Below are positions 40,912-54,036 of a stretch of DNA of 64,000 nt, one piece after another. Each line of letters opens with the position of its first letter. Positions within the stretch are counted from its first letter, which is position 1. Under the pieces are notes generated by a model that was not told the DNA's origin, did not search any database, and saw nothing but the letters and a program-made list of their open reading frames with translations. Position numbers and translations under genes: made by a program. Source of the stretch: Octopus vulgaris (Eukaryota); assembly GCA_951406725.2 (NCBI GenBank), contig OX597827.1, positions 50,096,001 to 50,160,000 of the forward strand, given 5' to 3'.

Positions 40912-41305
40912 TCTCTCTATATATAAAACTGAGAATGTGTGTGTGTGTGTGTGTCTGTCTGTCTGTGTGCTTCCCTAAAATTTGAGAACTACACAACCAA
41001 TTTCATTCAAATTTTATATATGTCTTAATTAGGGTCCAAGGAGTGTCATGAGCAAAAAAGTTTTTTAAACTTCTTGCCTAAGGCGAGCCCATAGCAATAT
41101 CATAGCTTCTCCACTATGAATCCCTAAAACTTGAGAACTACACAACCAATTTCATTCAAATTTTACACATGCCTTACTTTGTAGTGTCATGGGCGAATAA
41201 ATGTTTAACTTCTTGCCTAGGGCGAGTCCACAGCAATATCACATCTTCTCCACTATTTCAGTATTACGTGTTAAAAGTGAAAAAAAGCTTATCTCTATTG
41301 TATGT
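40912..41305 (+). mobile_element. Helitron-like non-autonomous element with internal duplication
   Basis: Starts TCTATATATAAAACTG, then (GT)n(CTGT)n, then CCCTAAAA.TTGAGAACTACACAACCAATTTCATTCAAATTTT duplicated at about 40973 and 41122. Confidence 0.55.
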
Positions 41306-41309
41306 ATAG

Positions 41310-42180
41310 TCACTCGAAGAACTCAGAAAGGCAAGAAATAAAACCCAACTGACTGCCAGACGCTGTGCAAATAGGTATTGGCAGGAAATCTGTCAGAGTA
41401 TCAAGTCAGCTGCTGACAGTGGCGACACCCGTGGGATGTATGCCGATTTGAAGAAGGCCCTCGGTCCATCCGCAACCAAGTCAGCCCCTCTGAAATCAAC
41501 TACTGGAGATCTCATCAAGGACCAAAGCAAGCAAATGGATACATGGGTGGAGTACTACCAGGATCTGTACTCACGGGGTCCACGGTAGCTGAGGTTGCAA
41601 TCGAGGGTGTCAAGATCTTGCCAGTCATGTATGAACTTAACAGTCTGCCATCTATAGCAGAGCTAACCAAAGCTATTGACTCTCTAGCAAGTAACAAGGC
41701 TCCGGAAAAAGACGTCATCCCCTTAGAGATCATCAAAACTGGCAAAAACACCATCCTGCTTCGGCACCTTCATGAGCTTCTGTGTCAGTGCTGGGAAGAG
41801 GATACAATCCCTCGGGATATGCGGGATGCTAACATCATTACGCTTTACAAAAACAAAGGTGACCGTGGTGATTGTAACAATTGCCGTGGAATATCTCTTC
41901 TAAGCACTGTTCGAAAGGCCTTTGCTCACATTATCCTGTCCAGGCTACAACCACTTTTTTTTCGAATTTAACCAGAATCGCAGTGTGACTTTAGAAGAAG
42001 CAGATCAACTATTGACATAATATTCTCCATACGCCAACTTCAGGAGAAGTCCAGAGACCAGAAAATGCCATTATATTTGCCTTCATTGATCGGACAAAGG
42101 CCTTTGACTTGTTAAGTAGAAAAGGTCTCTTCATCCTGCCCCAAAAAATCGGATGTCCACCAAAGCTGAGGATCATCAGA
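41310..42180 (+). mobile_element. RTE (BovB-like) LINE fragment
   Basis: ARRCANRYW, IITLYKNKGDRGDCNNCRGISLLS, PESQCDFR..RSTIDIIFSIRQLQEK, FIDRTKAFD; frameshifted. Confidence 0.88.
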
Positions 42181-42699
42181 GCTCGCTCTGGGCGCCATTG
42201 GACTGACTGTCCAAGGCTACGACACCACAGTCAGCGCTATGGCTTGGATTGGCTAGAAAGAAAGAAAGAAAGAAAGAATTTCAATTATATATAGTGAACT
42301 ATAGCGCGAAGGCAGCATAAAAAAACAACCCTTCCTCAGTTGTTGGCAGTTTTACCTACTCCGCATTGCAACGAGATGCGTCTTCATCTAAGCAATTGCT
42401 CCCCTAAAGCAAATTAAATAAAATTTGAGATACGTGGAACGTCAAAACTGCAAACAAAAACAGGACAGTGAAAACATTCAGTATGGGCTGTTTAACTCTA
42501 ACGAGGTGAAGTGGTGAACGCTGGAGAAAAAAAAGCTTTGGCAAGAGACAGACAAGAATGCGTCTTATAGTTATAAGCTGAACGAGAAGATAAAGAATTA
42601 CGTTTAGAAATAGAGATCTATAATTATTGAGGTGCTCCAGCATGGCCACAGTCACGTGACTGAAACAAGTAAAAGAGTAAAGAGTAATATATATATATG

Positions 42700-43720
42700 T
42701 ATTACAAATGAAAGACAGAAGATGGAATATACAAGAATTTATTGTTAAATACGACAATTGTTTCGACACATCTAGCATCGATCCCTCTTGAGTGGGACAC
42801 TCAACAACTAGTTCAGGAGCATCCGGTAGTGCAGATGCATCTTGTAAGGTGATAAATAAATAAAAACAACTCGTTAAAATGACTATTCCACAATGTAGCT
42901 TACCGTTTTGTAGAGAGAAAAACAGCTAGACGGAGGAAAAACCTTCATATATATAGAAGATCAAAAATAAAATTGCGGATGACAAAAAGAGAAACGATCA
43001 CGTAATCCAGCGAGAAAAGTATTCAAAATAACCATTAACAGATATGAATGTATAAACGCCCTCGGGCAAGCTGCATAGCACGAGTACACATGCTCACACA
43101 AGCATCATCAAAATGTGAGCATACGCACACGCGAGGTTTGGTGCACTCCTGATCACAAAAGGAGCTAGTTATTTACTTGGTGTTTATAAGAATGGGGAGG
43201 TTAAAAATGAACGTAAGTCATCCATACCTTAAAGTAAATTAAATTACATTAAGTTAACGGTTACTCAAAGTTCATTCTCACTGCATTGTGCAAAAATACA
43301 TTTATATGAATGCAGGCATCTCGATAGTCGTTCAGAAATTCTATTAAGTATCTTCTCGTTAGTCTACAGAATAGACAGGTTTCCTCGGAGCTGTGACGGC
43401 ATCTCCTGGAGATTATATTGTATGGTTTTGCATGTCTAATTATGGACCAATTAATGTTGTGCTTCGTTTTACTTTCCTTCACTCGCCATATAAAACCTGC
43501 CAAAGATGTTGAATGTTTCTTATTGACTGACTTAAAGCTGGCAACATGGTTACGATAACGATTCTTAAATGAATCAGCTGTCTGCCCATTGTAAACAGGG
43601 CCCTCCCCCTTGTGTGCACGGTACATTTATATATAAGCTTTGTACACATACAGAAATTTATCAAAGGACATTTTGATTTATTTCTGCATGAGCATTTATC
43701 GTATTTATTTGTATATAAGG
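42700..43720 (-). mobile_element. Penelope-like element 3' part (GIY-YIG plus pLTR with a hammerhead remnant)
   Basis: CSCRNKSKCPL..FCMCTKLIYKCTV / VYNGQTADSFKNRYRNH..SF...STSLAGFIW...INWSII; hammerhead-like fold at 42748-42853. Confidence 0.85.
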
Positions 43721-44199
43721 CAGTTCCGACTCCATTTATCGGCTTTGTTATCGTGCTAGCTGTACTTTGAGTATTTCTACTGCTACAAATTGGTCGAAGC
43801 TGATATTTATCAATGCGGTCATTTTTGATAACACTTAAATGAAGATCCTCTTTTCCATTCAAGTTGGGGAATGTAACTTTGGCCTAGAACTGATTTCATT
43901 AGACGCAATCCAACGATCATCTGATATTTCGAGCCCTCGAACGTAACACCTTCCCGTTTTCGCCTCAAATCTCCCCTCTTGCTCTGTAACCAACAAGAGC
44001 ATCTTTCTGCTGCCTCTCCCATTTCAGGCACAGATAACTTTTGCTCTCTTCCTCTCGTTCCAATACTATTGATCCTTCTCCATTTGACTGTGCCGGGAGT
44101 CCCCAACAGCTAACTTCCACTTAGAATATCCATGATTGCCGTCCTTAGAATATCCGTGGTTGCAACTATAGAATATTCATGATTGCCGTCCTTCCTGCA

Positions 44200-45480
44200 A
44201 TCCCGCTGAAGATTCTCGTACTTGACACGCTACCATTCAAAGGCTTAATCGCAAACCTCTTCGCACGGGACTATAAGCTCGATCAAGATTTTCTTTGCCT
44301 TGGTGTAGACTGTTTGTAATTTTTGCTGTCCTCATCGCCTTCTTTCCTTCCTTCACAAACTTGATCGCTTATGTTTTTCATCCTCTTGATGGTGCCTGTT
44401 GAGTCCTGTTTTAGGGTGTAATCGAGAGTTGCAAGAACCTTATCATGGCTCCTCTTGTATCTCATTTGAGTAAGTGCTATTTTGTATACTGTCAAGATGT
44501 GTGCCAGAATGTTCCATCTTTCTCAAAGTCTACACAGCTGGTTCCTTTCAAACCCCATCTGCACAAGTTTTTTGGCGTTAGGAGTATGTCATACATCGCC
44601 CACATTAGGAAGGCGGTGCAGAAATGTCCCGGTCTCCACAGGTCTATTCATGTGACCTTCTTGGGAGATCCCATTTAGTCTAGGCTTCCTGTGATACCAG
44701 TTTCACAGCTCCTAATCTTCATCTTTCTTCCTCATGGTGTCATACTTCTGCCTGTGTCATGGCTTCCTTGGTATTTGCCTTCTTCCATCGTTGTAAATGT
44801 GAAGAAAAACTGAAACCCTGCCGTCTCGTCCCGAGCTTGTAATTCTAATGATATCGCGTAGTGTCAGCATGTTTTCAGTCTGTGCGACTATGGTGCCGGC
44901 TACCCACTTGCACTCTGAACATGTAATGATACTTGCATGTCTGACAAGTTCATTCTATATCATTACAACTCTAAACTTCGCTACCTTGAATCCCTCCATT
45001 ATCGGCGACAGAGGAAGTTGGAGCTGTCCAGGTCTCATGTATAGGCCTATTGAAGTGCGACTTGTAGAGACATCCAACCACCTTCGGAGATACTTGTTTA
45101 TTATTCTTTCCACTCTTTTTAGTCTAGTCACTGGAATCTCATACACTGTCAATAACCGCACAAGTCTTGTGAGCAGACCTTGTTGATAGTATTATGCCTT
45201 GTATTTTCCTGGAAGTCCTGGTATTGCCATTTTTTTTCAGTCACCCTTCTGCCTGCTTCCCAGTATCAATGGTATTACTTCTGTAAGAAAGTGAATTGTT
45301 AGACATTCCCAAGGCATTTGATTGGATTTTCTTCTGTTGATTGAATAGATTCTCCTTGCATTTGGTACTGCTAGATGATTTGAACCTTCTGATCATCATA
45401 CGCCAAGATTTCTCAGACTCCTTGGGCTTATTTTTTATTCCAGCCCATGTTGTCATGTATTCAAGTGAAGTCAAGTACCC
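44200..45480 (-). mobile_element. HERO-like non-LTR retrotransposon fragment
   Basis: GLPGKYKA, RLLTVYEIP..ERIINKYLRRWL..LY..LQLP, RYKRSHDKVL; many stops. Confidence 0.75.
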
Positions 45481-45525
45481 ATTGCCCCTGCACATAGGTT
45501 GTGGTTATCACAACACACACGCACG

Positions 45526-45710
<185 letters not shown>

Positions 45711-45871
45711 CTATATATCTATATCTATATCTCTATATATTTACTAACGCATTTATTTTTGTTTTACATGTTTACTTTCATATCAAGAAGAAGGAAGCAA
45801 GCAGCGACAAGTAAAGCAAATTGGAAGAAAAAAATTACAACGGAACTGAAATCTAAAATATATCCTTCGGA

Positions 45872-46118
45872 ATGGATGGGCTCCATCGTAACAACCTGTT
45901 CGTTAAATTCTTTCACGTAACGTTCCTTCTCGCCGTAATCATTATTAGTTTACAAATAACATCGATTAGAGCGCAGAGCGAGAGTAACAAAACATGGGGT
46001 GATTTTCCAGATGCTTCAACCAATCTTCCACCATTAGAGTATTCATTCGAAGGACTAGGTGCTTATTTCAAATTCTCAAGATCATTTGTTTACAACTCTT
46101 TGAAACTTGATCCTCTAG
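45872..46118 (+). CDS. PROM: Prominin-like protein, coding exon 1 (signal peptide plus N-terminal ectodomain)
   Basis: MDGLHRNNLFVKFFHVTFLLAVIIISLQITSIRA...GLGAYFKFSRSFVYNSLKLDPL; donor CTAG|GTAAGT in phase 1. Confidence 0.8.
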
Positions 46119-46123
46119 GTAAG

Positions 46124-46132
46124 TACTACAAC

Positions 46133-46204
<72 letters not shown>

Positions 46205-46218
46205 GACTACTACAACTT

Positions 46219-46266
<48 letters not shown>

Positions 46267-46272
46267 GAACTG

Positions 46273-46335
<63 letters not shown>
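46124..46335. repeat. (TAC)n/(CAC)n microsatellite directly after the splice donor
   Basis: The same repeat resumes at 50088-50172 after the LINE. Confidence 0.95.
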
Positions 46336-46599
46336 TTTTTACTACAAAATCCCTTTCTTTTTCTTTGTTGGGAGAAAAGAGAATCTACAGTAAAAACAAA
46401 CCCTCAGCCCTCCCTCCAGGGTGTAAATTACTTTAAAAAGAAATACTTTAAAAGGGAAAAACGTGAGAAAAATTTAAATTAAATTAACGATAGACAAAAG
46501 CATGTGCCTTCTCGCACATAAACACATTATTCACACTTATACAAACATACGCAGACGCAAATATTGAAGTACTAAATGGCTCTCCCTCACTTGTCCTTC

Positions 46600-49500
46600 C
46601 CATTAATGCCATTGCTCAACCAATTCTGAACGATCTTGTCAGGTCAGGTCTGTTGTATGCAGCATCGGATCCTACTACTGGTAAACTGTAAACCAGTACA
46701 ACCTGTGTCAGTGGGGTAGAAAGGGCTCCTTAGCCGTAGTGAATGCAACCTATCTAGGGAGATAACCTTACAATAAATCACTCAGCCCGTAGCTTAGAAG
46801 TACTGGGTTGACGTCCAGCGGGAACAGCTTTGTTTCATGGAGGAGGAAAGATCTTCTTTAGTACTTGGTTGTACAATGCTTTCCAATGTGTGTAGTAGTG
46901 GCGCGCGCACACATTATTAGCCATTTGAAAAGACTATGGAATTTACAATTAACTGCACCAGGGTTCCTCTTCCCCAGGGAACCAGACCTAATGGTATACC
47001 TGCGGATGTAGGTCCAGCCCCTGCTTTGCCGGGTCCTGTCTCTGATCATGTTGCACCTCCAAGGGCATCCATTGACGGTGATGCCCTCAATCTTAACAGA
47101 CGGGTATCACCTGATGGAGAAGAGTCAGCCCCCAACCAAACAACACCAAACAAACACCTCATCAGCTGTAAAAATCATACGATACTCAGCACCCTCAATG
47201 CCCGAACCCTCGGCTCTCTTGGCCGTCTAGAAGAACTTGGTGCAAATGCAGAATCACATGGCATTGATATAATAGCTGTCCAAGAACACCGATTTTACCA
47301 CCCTGACAACATCCTCAAATACCATCAAGTCGGTTCTTATCAACTTGTAACCTCCTCAGCATCAAAGAATACTGTTAATTCAACAGTTGGAGGTATCGGA
47401 TTTCTACTTTCATCAAAGGCTAGTGATACTCTCTTGAGTATAGAGTCAATCTCACCTAGAATTATGGTGCTTGAGATAGATGGAAACCCAAAAACAACAT
47501 TGGTATGTGTGTATAGCCCACATAATTCGTCTGTGGCAGACGAAATTGAAAATTTCTATACAACCCTTCGTTCAACCATTGAGCAAGTACCTCTCCATAA
47601 TTTTCTGGTTATAGCTGGTGATCTGAATGCTAGACTAGGACCCGATGAGACCAAGTTTACTTTCAACTCTAAAACCAATCGGAACGGAGAAATGCTCAAA
47701 GACTTCTTGGAGGAATTTAATTTCTACACCTCCAACAATTCTTTTATGAAACCAAAAGGTCAACTTTGGACATTTGAGTCCCCACTTGGTGATAGGGCAC
47801 AAATTGACTACCTCATCTTTCGAAAGAAATGGCGCAATAGTGTTAAGGACTCGAGATCCTACTCATCCTTTAGTTCTGTCGGCTCTGACCACAGAATTGT
47901 ATCAGCTACCGTTAAGCTTAGTCTTCGCTCATCCAAAAAAACTAAGCCTCACCCGATCAAAATGATCGACTGGGAGGAAGTCTTATCTAACCCCGATATG
48001 TCCAAACAATTTACTATTGAGGTCTATAACAAATTTCAATCTCTGTCTACTTCTGAAATAGATGCTGAGAACATTGAGGAAGTATACAGCAGCCTCATCA
48101 AATCAACAGAGGAAGTTGCACTGGCTGCTCTTCCCAAAAGGAAGAGTAGGGGCCAGAGCAAACCTTCTAATTCCCCAAATGTCATCGAAGCCAGAAACCA
48201 TCTAAAGTCTACATCACTAGCTTACCACCGTTCTCCATCCCAGTCACTGAAGATCCAACTCATAGCTGCCAGGAAGAATCTTGATGAGGCTTACTTGAAC
48301 GCCGAGGTCGAATTTATCAATGGCAAAATTAGTAAACTATCGAAAGAGCACATTAGTAAAAAACACCATCTCGCCTGGAAATCCATCAAAGACCTATCAG
48401 GCAAAAATTCTGGGTCATCAATTAGAATTAAAGGGGGATCAGCTAAGAAGCGTTTAGAAAATTGGTCAACCCATTTTAAAAACCTCCTTGGGAAGAATGC
48501 CAAAATCCCTGATAACCCCACTCTCCCAAGTGTGCCTATATCAGACACGCTGGACATCAACACCTCCCCTTTTACCATATTTGAATTAACAGCAGCCACC
48601 AAGCAACTAAAAGCCTCGAAAGCATTTGGTCCCGACAACATTCCGGCTGTGATTTGGAAGGATGATAGATTTCACACACTTTTGCTTAACCTCTGCAACC
48701 ACACACTTTCCACCTTTGTCGCTCCAAAGATTTGGCACCAGTCTCAAATCATTCCAATACCCAAAAAAGGCGATTTGTCCCTCGTCACCAACTACAGGGG
48801 CATATCTCTAATGTCAATTGCTGCAAAACTGTACAACAAACTGATCCTAAATCGTCTTGTCCTTTTTGTTGAACCTTTGCTCCGAAAGAACCAAAATGGA
48901 TTCAGACATGGGCGCTCAACGCTGAGCCAGATACTATGCCTGCGCAGACTTATTGAAGAATCAAAAGCATTTAATCGCGATCTTGCAATGGTATTTGTAG
49001 ACTTTTCTAAAGCGTTCGATTCTGTAGATAGGTGCAAGATGTTTGAAATCCTTAAGCTCTATGGGATACCAGACAAAATTATTTCTGCCATCAAGGTCCT
49101 CTACACAGATACGTCTTCAACCATCTTAACCCCTGATGGAGAAACATCATCTTTCTCGATCGAGGCCGGAATACTGCAGGGAGACACACTCGCCCCATTT
49201 CTTTTCATCATTGTTGTTGATTATGTGCTACGTATGTCAGTTGATACCATCTCTGGCAAGGGCTTTGAAATAAAACCAAGAAGAAGTTCCAGACACCCAG
49301 CTGAGTACTTGACAGACACTGACTTTGCTGACGACATCGCTCTTATCAGTGATTCTCTCTCCAATGCCCAGTCTCTTTTACAATCTCTTGAACAAGCCTC
49401 AAATTGTGTAGGTCTTTACCTTAATGAGACCAAAACTGAATACATAAACAAGTGCCTGTCCAACAGTGATTGCATCATCCACACTCTCAACAGTGCACCT

Positions 49501-50085
49501 TTAAATATGGTTTCTGATTATAAATATCTTGGGTCATACATATCATCATCTGGAAAAGACTTTCTAACTAGAAAGGGTATGGCCTGGTCAGCCTGTAATG
49601 ACATGCATAAGATCTGGTCATCAAATCTAAGTAGAGACTTCAAACTTGAAATATTCAAAGCCACAGTCGAACCAATCCTACTATATGGCTCAGAAACCTG
49701 GACGTTATCAAAGAAGCTTGAGAGGCGGTTGGATGGAACCTACACTCGCCTCCTTATGAGAGCTCAAAATCTCTCGTGGAGGCGCCATCCAACTAAAATG
49801 CAAATATATGGGAAATTACCACCTGTGTCATCTTTTGTGAAGGGTAGGAGAGTCCAGTTTGCTGGACATTGTTGTAGAGCTGAAAAAGAAGTAATTTCTA
49901 CTCTTCTCCTCTGGAAGCCATCTACTCGCAACACCAGAGGGCGCACACTCTCCTACCCTGATGTAATCTCCAGGGATACAGGCATCCAGCAACAGGACCT
50001 CCGTAATGCTATGATGGACCGTGAAGTCTGGCGCAACATGGTAAATTCCATTGTCTCGACCACGGTCGAACAATGATGATGATGA
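46600..50085 (+). mobile_element. Full-length-looking RTE-clade LINE with a (TGA)n tail
   Basis: Single long ORF, short tandem-repeat tail TGATGATGATGA at the stop; 5' UTR resembles the fragment at 5443-5512; 5' boundary uncertain. Confidence 0.9.
46936..50076 (+). CDS. LINE ORF: apurinic-like endonuclease plus reverse transcriptase (1046 aa, uninterrupted)
   Basis: APE motifs TLNAR, VQEHR, AGDLNA, IDYL, SDHR; RT motifs NYRGISL, FVDFSKAFDS, GILQGDTLAPFLF, DFADD, YKYLGS; RTE C-terminus LLYGSETW, FAGHCCR, DREVWR. Confidence 0.95.
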   Translation: MEFTINCTRVPLPQGTRPNGIPADVGPAPALPGPVSDHVAPPRASIDGDALNLNRRVSPDGEESAPNQTTPNKHLISCKNHTILSTLNARTLGSLGRLEELGANAESHGIDIIAVQEHRFYHPDNILKYHQVGSYQLVTSSASKNTVNSTVGGIGFLLSSKASDTLLSIESISPRIMVLEIDGNPKTTLVCVYSPHNSSVADEIENFYTTLRSTIEQVPLHNFLVIAGDLNARLGPDETKFTFNSKTNRNGEMLKDFLEEFNFYTSNNSFMKPKGQLWTFESPLGDRAQIDYLIFRKKWRNSVKDSRSYSSFSSVGSDHRIVSATVKLSLRSSKKTKPHPIKMIDWEEVLSNPDMSKQFTIEVYNKFQSLSTSEIDAENIEEVYSSLIKSTEEVALAALPKRKSRGQSKPSNSPNVIEARNHLKSTSLAYHRSPSQSLKIQLIAARKNLDEAYLNAEVEFINGKISKLSKEHISKKHHLAWKSIKDLSGKNSGSSIRIKGGSAKKRLENWSTHFKNLLGKNAKIPDNPTLPSVPISDTLDINTSPFTIFELTAATKQLKASKAFGPDNIPAVIWKDDRFHTLLLNLCNHTLSTFVAPKIWHQSQIIPIPKKGDLSLVTNYRGISLMSIAAKLYNKLILNRLVLFVEPLLRKNQNGFRHGRSTLSQILCLRRLIEESKAFNRDLAMVFVDFSKAFDSVDRCKMFEILKLYGIPDKIISAIKVLYTDTSSTILTPDGETSSFSIEAGILQGDTLAPFLFIIVVDYVLRMSVDTISGKGFEIKPRRSSRHPAEYLTDTDFADDIALISDSLSNAQSLLQSLEQASNCVGLYLNETKTEYINKCLSNSDCIIHTLNSAPLNMVSDYKYLGSYISSSGKDFLTRKGMAWSACNDMHKIWSSNLSRDFKLEIFKATVEPILLYGSETWTLSKKLERRLDGTYTRLLMRAQNLSWRRHPTKMQIYGKLPPVSSFVKGRRVQFAGHCCRAEKEVISTLLLWKPSTRNTRGRTLSYPDVISRDTGIQQQDLRNAMMDREVWRNMVNSIVSTTVEQ

Positions 50086-50087
50086 CA

Positions 50088-50172
<85 letters not shown>

Positions 50173-52300
50173 AATCTTAGACTTCCTCAAGATTTGTAAA
50201 AACGACGAAATGCAATTTGTATGTCGTGAAAATGGTGGATAGCCTTTTGTTGTTTTCAATTCACTTAGTAATGTGAACAAGTGTTGTGAGCAATGTTAAT
50301 AATAGAGAAAGGCAATTACAAATGATATCCGGTTGGGCCTCTCTGAAACTGTCTACAAATCACAATGAAGCCTTTCCTTGTTAGACACATGGTATGTACG
50401 TACGTGTGTATGTATGTATGTATGTATGTACGTACGTATGTATGTATGTATGTATGTATGTATGTATGTACGTATGTATGTATGTATGTATGTATGTATG
50501 TATGTATGTCATTGTTTAGTATTATTTCAAGATTTCTTGCCAATAAAAAGAACAGGATTCTAACCTAGATTCAAGGCGTCTTCATTGAAATTTCAACATC
50601 AACAAGAGGGTAATTTTGTTTGAATGTATGTATGTATGTATGTATGTATGTATGTATGTATGTATGTATGTATGTATGTATGTATGTATGTATGTATGTA
50701 TGTATGTATGTATGTATGTATGTATGAATGTATGTATGTATGAATGTATGTATACATGTATGTATGTGTGTATATGTGCAGATTTGTATGTTTTGCTTTA
50801 TGTATGTATTCTCATGCATATAGTTGCATATCTAGACCATGCTCTTATATATTTAAATGCTAAACTTTTGGAAAGTTTCACAGATTTTTACAGTTTCAGC
50901 CAGCGATGGAATGGATCTGTAGTCTTCGAATTAGCTTTCTCCTTTCTGGTTTTGAGAATCCTAATTTCTGGTTTTGAGAATCCTAATTGCTGCCATAATT
51001 GTAAACTTTATCATATTTTTCAATACAGACCTGTTTGTTTTACTTGCTGTTGATGGATGGCATGTGATTTGCTAAATAGCGTCACAGAGAAACTGTTTGC
51101 TTGGAATATACATCTGCGATACTGTATTTTATCAGTGACAATACACCTGGCTCAAGACGAAGTAGGACAGCTATGGTTTTGGTTATGCTCTCTACAACTT
51201 TAGTAAATCGAAGGGCTTCTAGCATTCACGAGTAGGGAAAAGAGTTAAGACCAGGTTCCTACTATGCTGCTGCATCTCTGGCAATACAGTTCTTGTTTAT
51301 GGACAATTGCTCAACACACTCTGAAACACCCTTCTTCCCAGTTGCTTGTTCTGTTGTGATGACATTATTTACACAAATAGTCTTGGAGGAATAAGTTTAA
51401 AGAGGTTATATAAATTTTATACATTAAGTTCAGGCATGCAGTTAGCCGGTAATTCTGTTTTAGGAGACCAGTTTCATTTCTGCCAGAGTTAACCAGTGTG
51501 GTATACTAATATCCCCACAGAGAGTTTGTTTACATAAGATAGAGCTGGTAAAGGTCATCTTCTTGTACCAGTATCTAACAATCAAGTTTTACTTGGCGCA
51601 TTTCCACTCTAAAGTTTTTAAATTACTCTCGCAGGATCATCCCTATTGATGCTGAATGCATTGGTTATAATACAGGAATAATAGTTAATTTCCCGAAAAA
51701 TTTCTTATTTACTTTTGCAACGGTTTTGTGATTTTGTGGTTGCTAACGGCTTTTTTTTCTGGTTCCTTCGATACTGGCTCTTTGGTTCACCAAGTGGAAA
51801 ATTTCGCTTCAACCCATACAAGTCTTTATTTTCCGTGAAAATTTCTTATTTACCTTCTCATCGTCATATTAAGAAATATAATTTCCGTTACCCATTGTTT
51901 TCTATCTTCTGCACCCGTGTATTTCTGTATATGTATATAACCATGCCTAGAAGGAAAGTGTCAAATTCGTCTACAATATCAAGGTCAGCCTAAATAATGT
52001 CCCTAAGTGTACGGATTTAAGTGAAACTTTTGAAGTTACTTCTGACAGTAAATTATGAACTTACTTTTATCAGTAATTCTTCACCCCCCCCCCCCAAAAA
52101 AAAAAACACAAAACGTTGCAAAAGTAAATAAGAAATTTGTAGGAAAATTCAACGAAGTGTATGGATTGAAGTGAAATTTATTAAATTACTTCTGTCAGTA
52201 ACTAATGTATGAAATTACTTTCATCAGTGAACTTCTTTCTGTAAGTAATTTGTTGTTATTGTTTTGTAAATAGCGATTGAAAACTTAGTGAAAACAATAC

Positions 52301-52356
<56 letters not shown>

Positions 52357-53014
52357 AGAGAGAGAGAGAGAGAGCGAGCACTAGCTTGTTAGCTAGTTTA
52401 GTTAGACAAATAAGATAAATGTAAATAAGATATAGACAGATAGATACTGAGATAGATAGATAGACAGATGTAGGCATAGAGATGGATAGAAATGGACAGA
52501 CATATAGACAGAGAGATATAGACGTCATTGACGCTAGAAAACGAGGTAAATATTCTAAAAAACTTTCAAAGATGTGAATGTTAAATAAAAAGCAATATTC
52601 TTTATTTTTAATTAAAAAATCAAATGAAGAGCCTAACATATGTCCGAGGTTAAATTATTCACGCATCACGAGTATGGAAGCAATTGGTGAAGCCGTTTTC
52701 GCGTGAAAAATGAATACACACATATCTCTATTTTATATATTAGAGGAGATTGTGATAATGTTTTTGATGAATGGGTGTAAGGGAGACAACAAATTTCTGA
52801 CAGTTACTTAGCAAAGAGTTACCTCTCTTTCCCACGTAACCCAGTAACGGGTATTTTCTGCCCCCAGGGGCCCCATTACTTATCGTAAAAAAAATTAAGT
52901 GCCTAAAACAACCCCTAGAACATAAGTAATGTATGTTCGCAGTTTGGAGAAAATCAGTTGAAAAATGCGGCATTTATAATATTTTACACATACACACACA
53001 GAACGGGATTTATA

Positions 53015-53520
53015 TTATAGGTTATACATTTTGAACTCATACCTGGTGTTACTCAGTTCGTTTGGGAGTGGGATCAGTACTATGCAAAAGAGTAATAGGG
53101 AGAGTGAGTTACCCTGAAAAATGCCTAATTTGATGTTGATGCTGTTGGATTGGCTTATCCCATTACTATGGTTTAGAAGGAGATGTGCATTCCACTTGGT
53201 CATGCTACCTTGTTTTTGGTAGAAGGTGTATTGTTCCTTCAGCCAGCCGGGCAGGTATTTGCTCTGGGTTCTGGATGACACCAGTCAGGGATGCAGCAAA
53301 ATTTTGGTGTGGCTTGTTAAACAATTGGGCCAGAAGTTAGGGGTCCGGTCCATTCCTGGGGTTCTCCATTTGTGAGACTTTCTAAGAACACAACTTAGCT
53401 CTTCTACTCATCTTGCCTCATATTTCTGCTCTTCAACTTCATCCAGTTTCACTTTCTCACATTCTATCCAGTCAGCTTCAGCATTGTATTATTTTTTGTT
53501 GCTCCATATCTTCTTCCAGA
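53015..53520 (-). mobile_element. R4/Dong-like LINE RT fragment
   Basis: KSHKWRTPGMD..PNFW and INIKLGIFQGNSLSLLLFCIVLIP. Confidence 0.7.
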
Positions 53521-53543
53521 ACTCTTCCATTTCCTCAGTCTTA

Positions 53544-54036
<493 letters not shown>

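Noticed and set aside
46119-46267. Poly-Tyr/His C-terminus of ORF 45872-46267
   Set aside because: Read-through past the GTAAGT donor into the (TAC)n intron repeat
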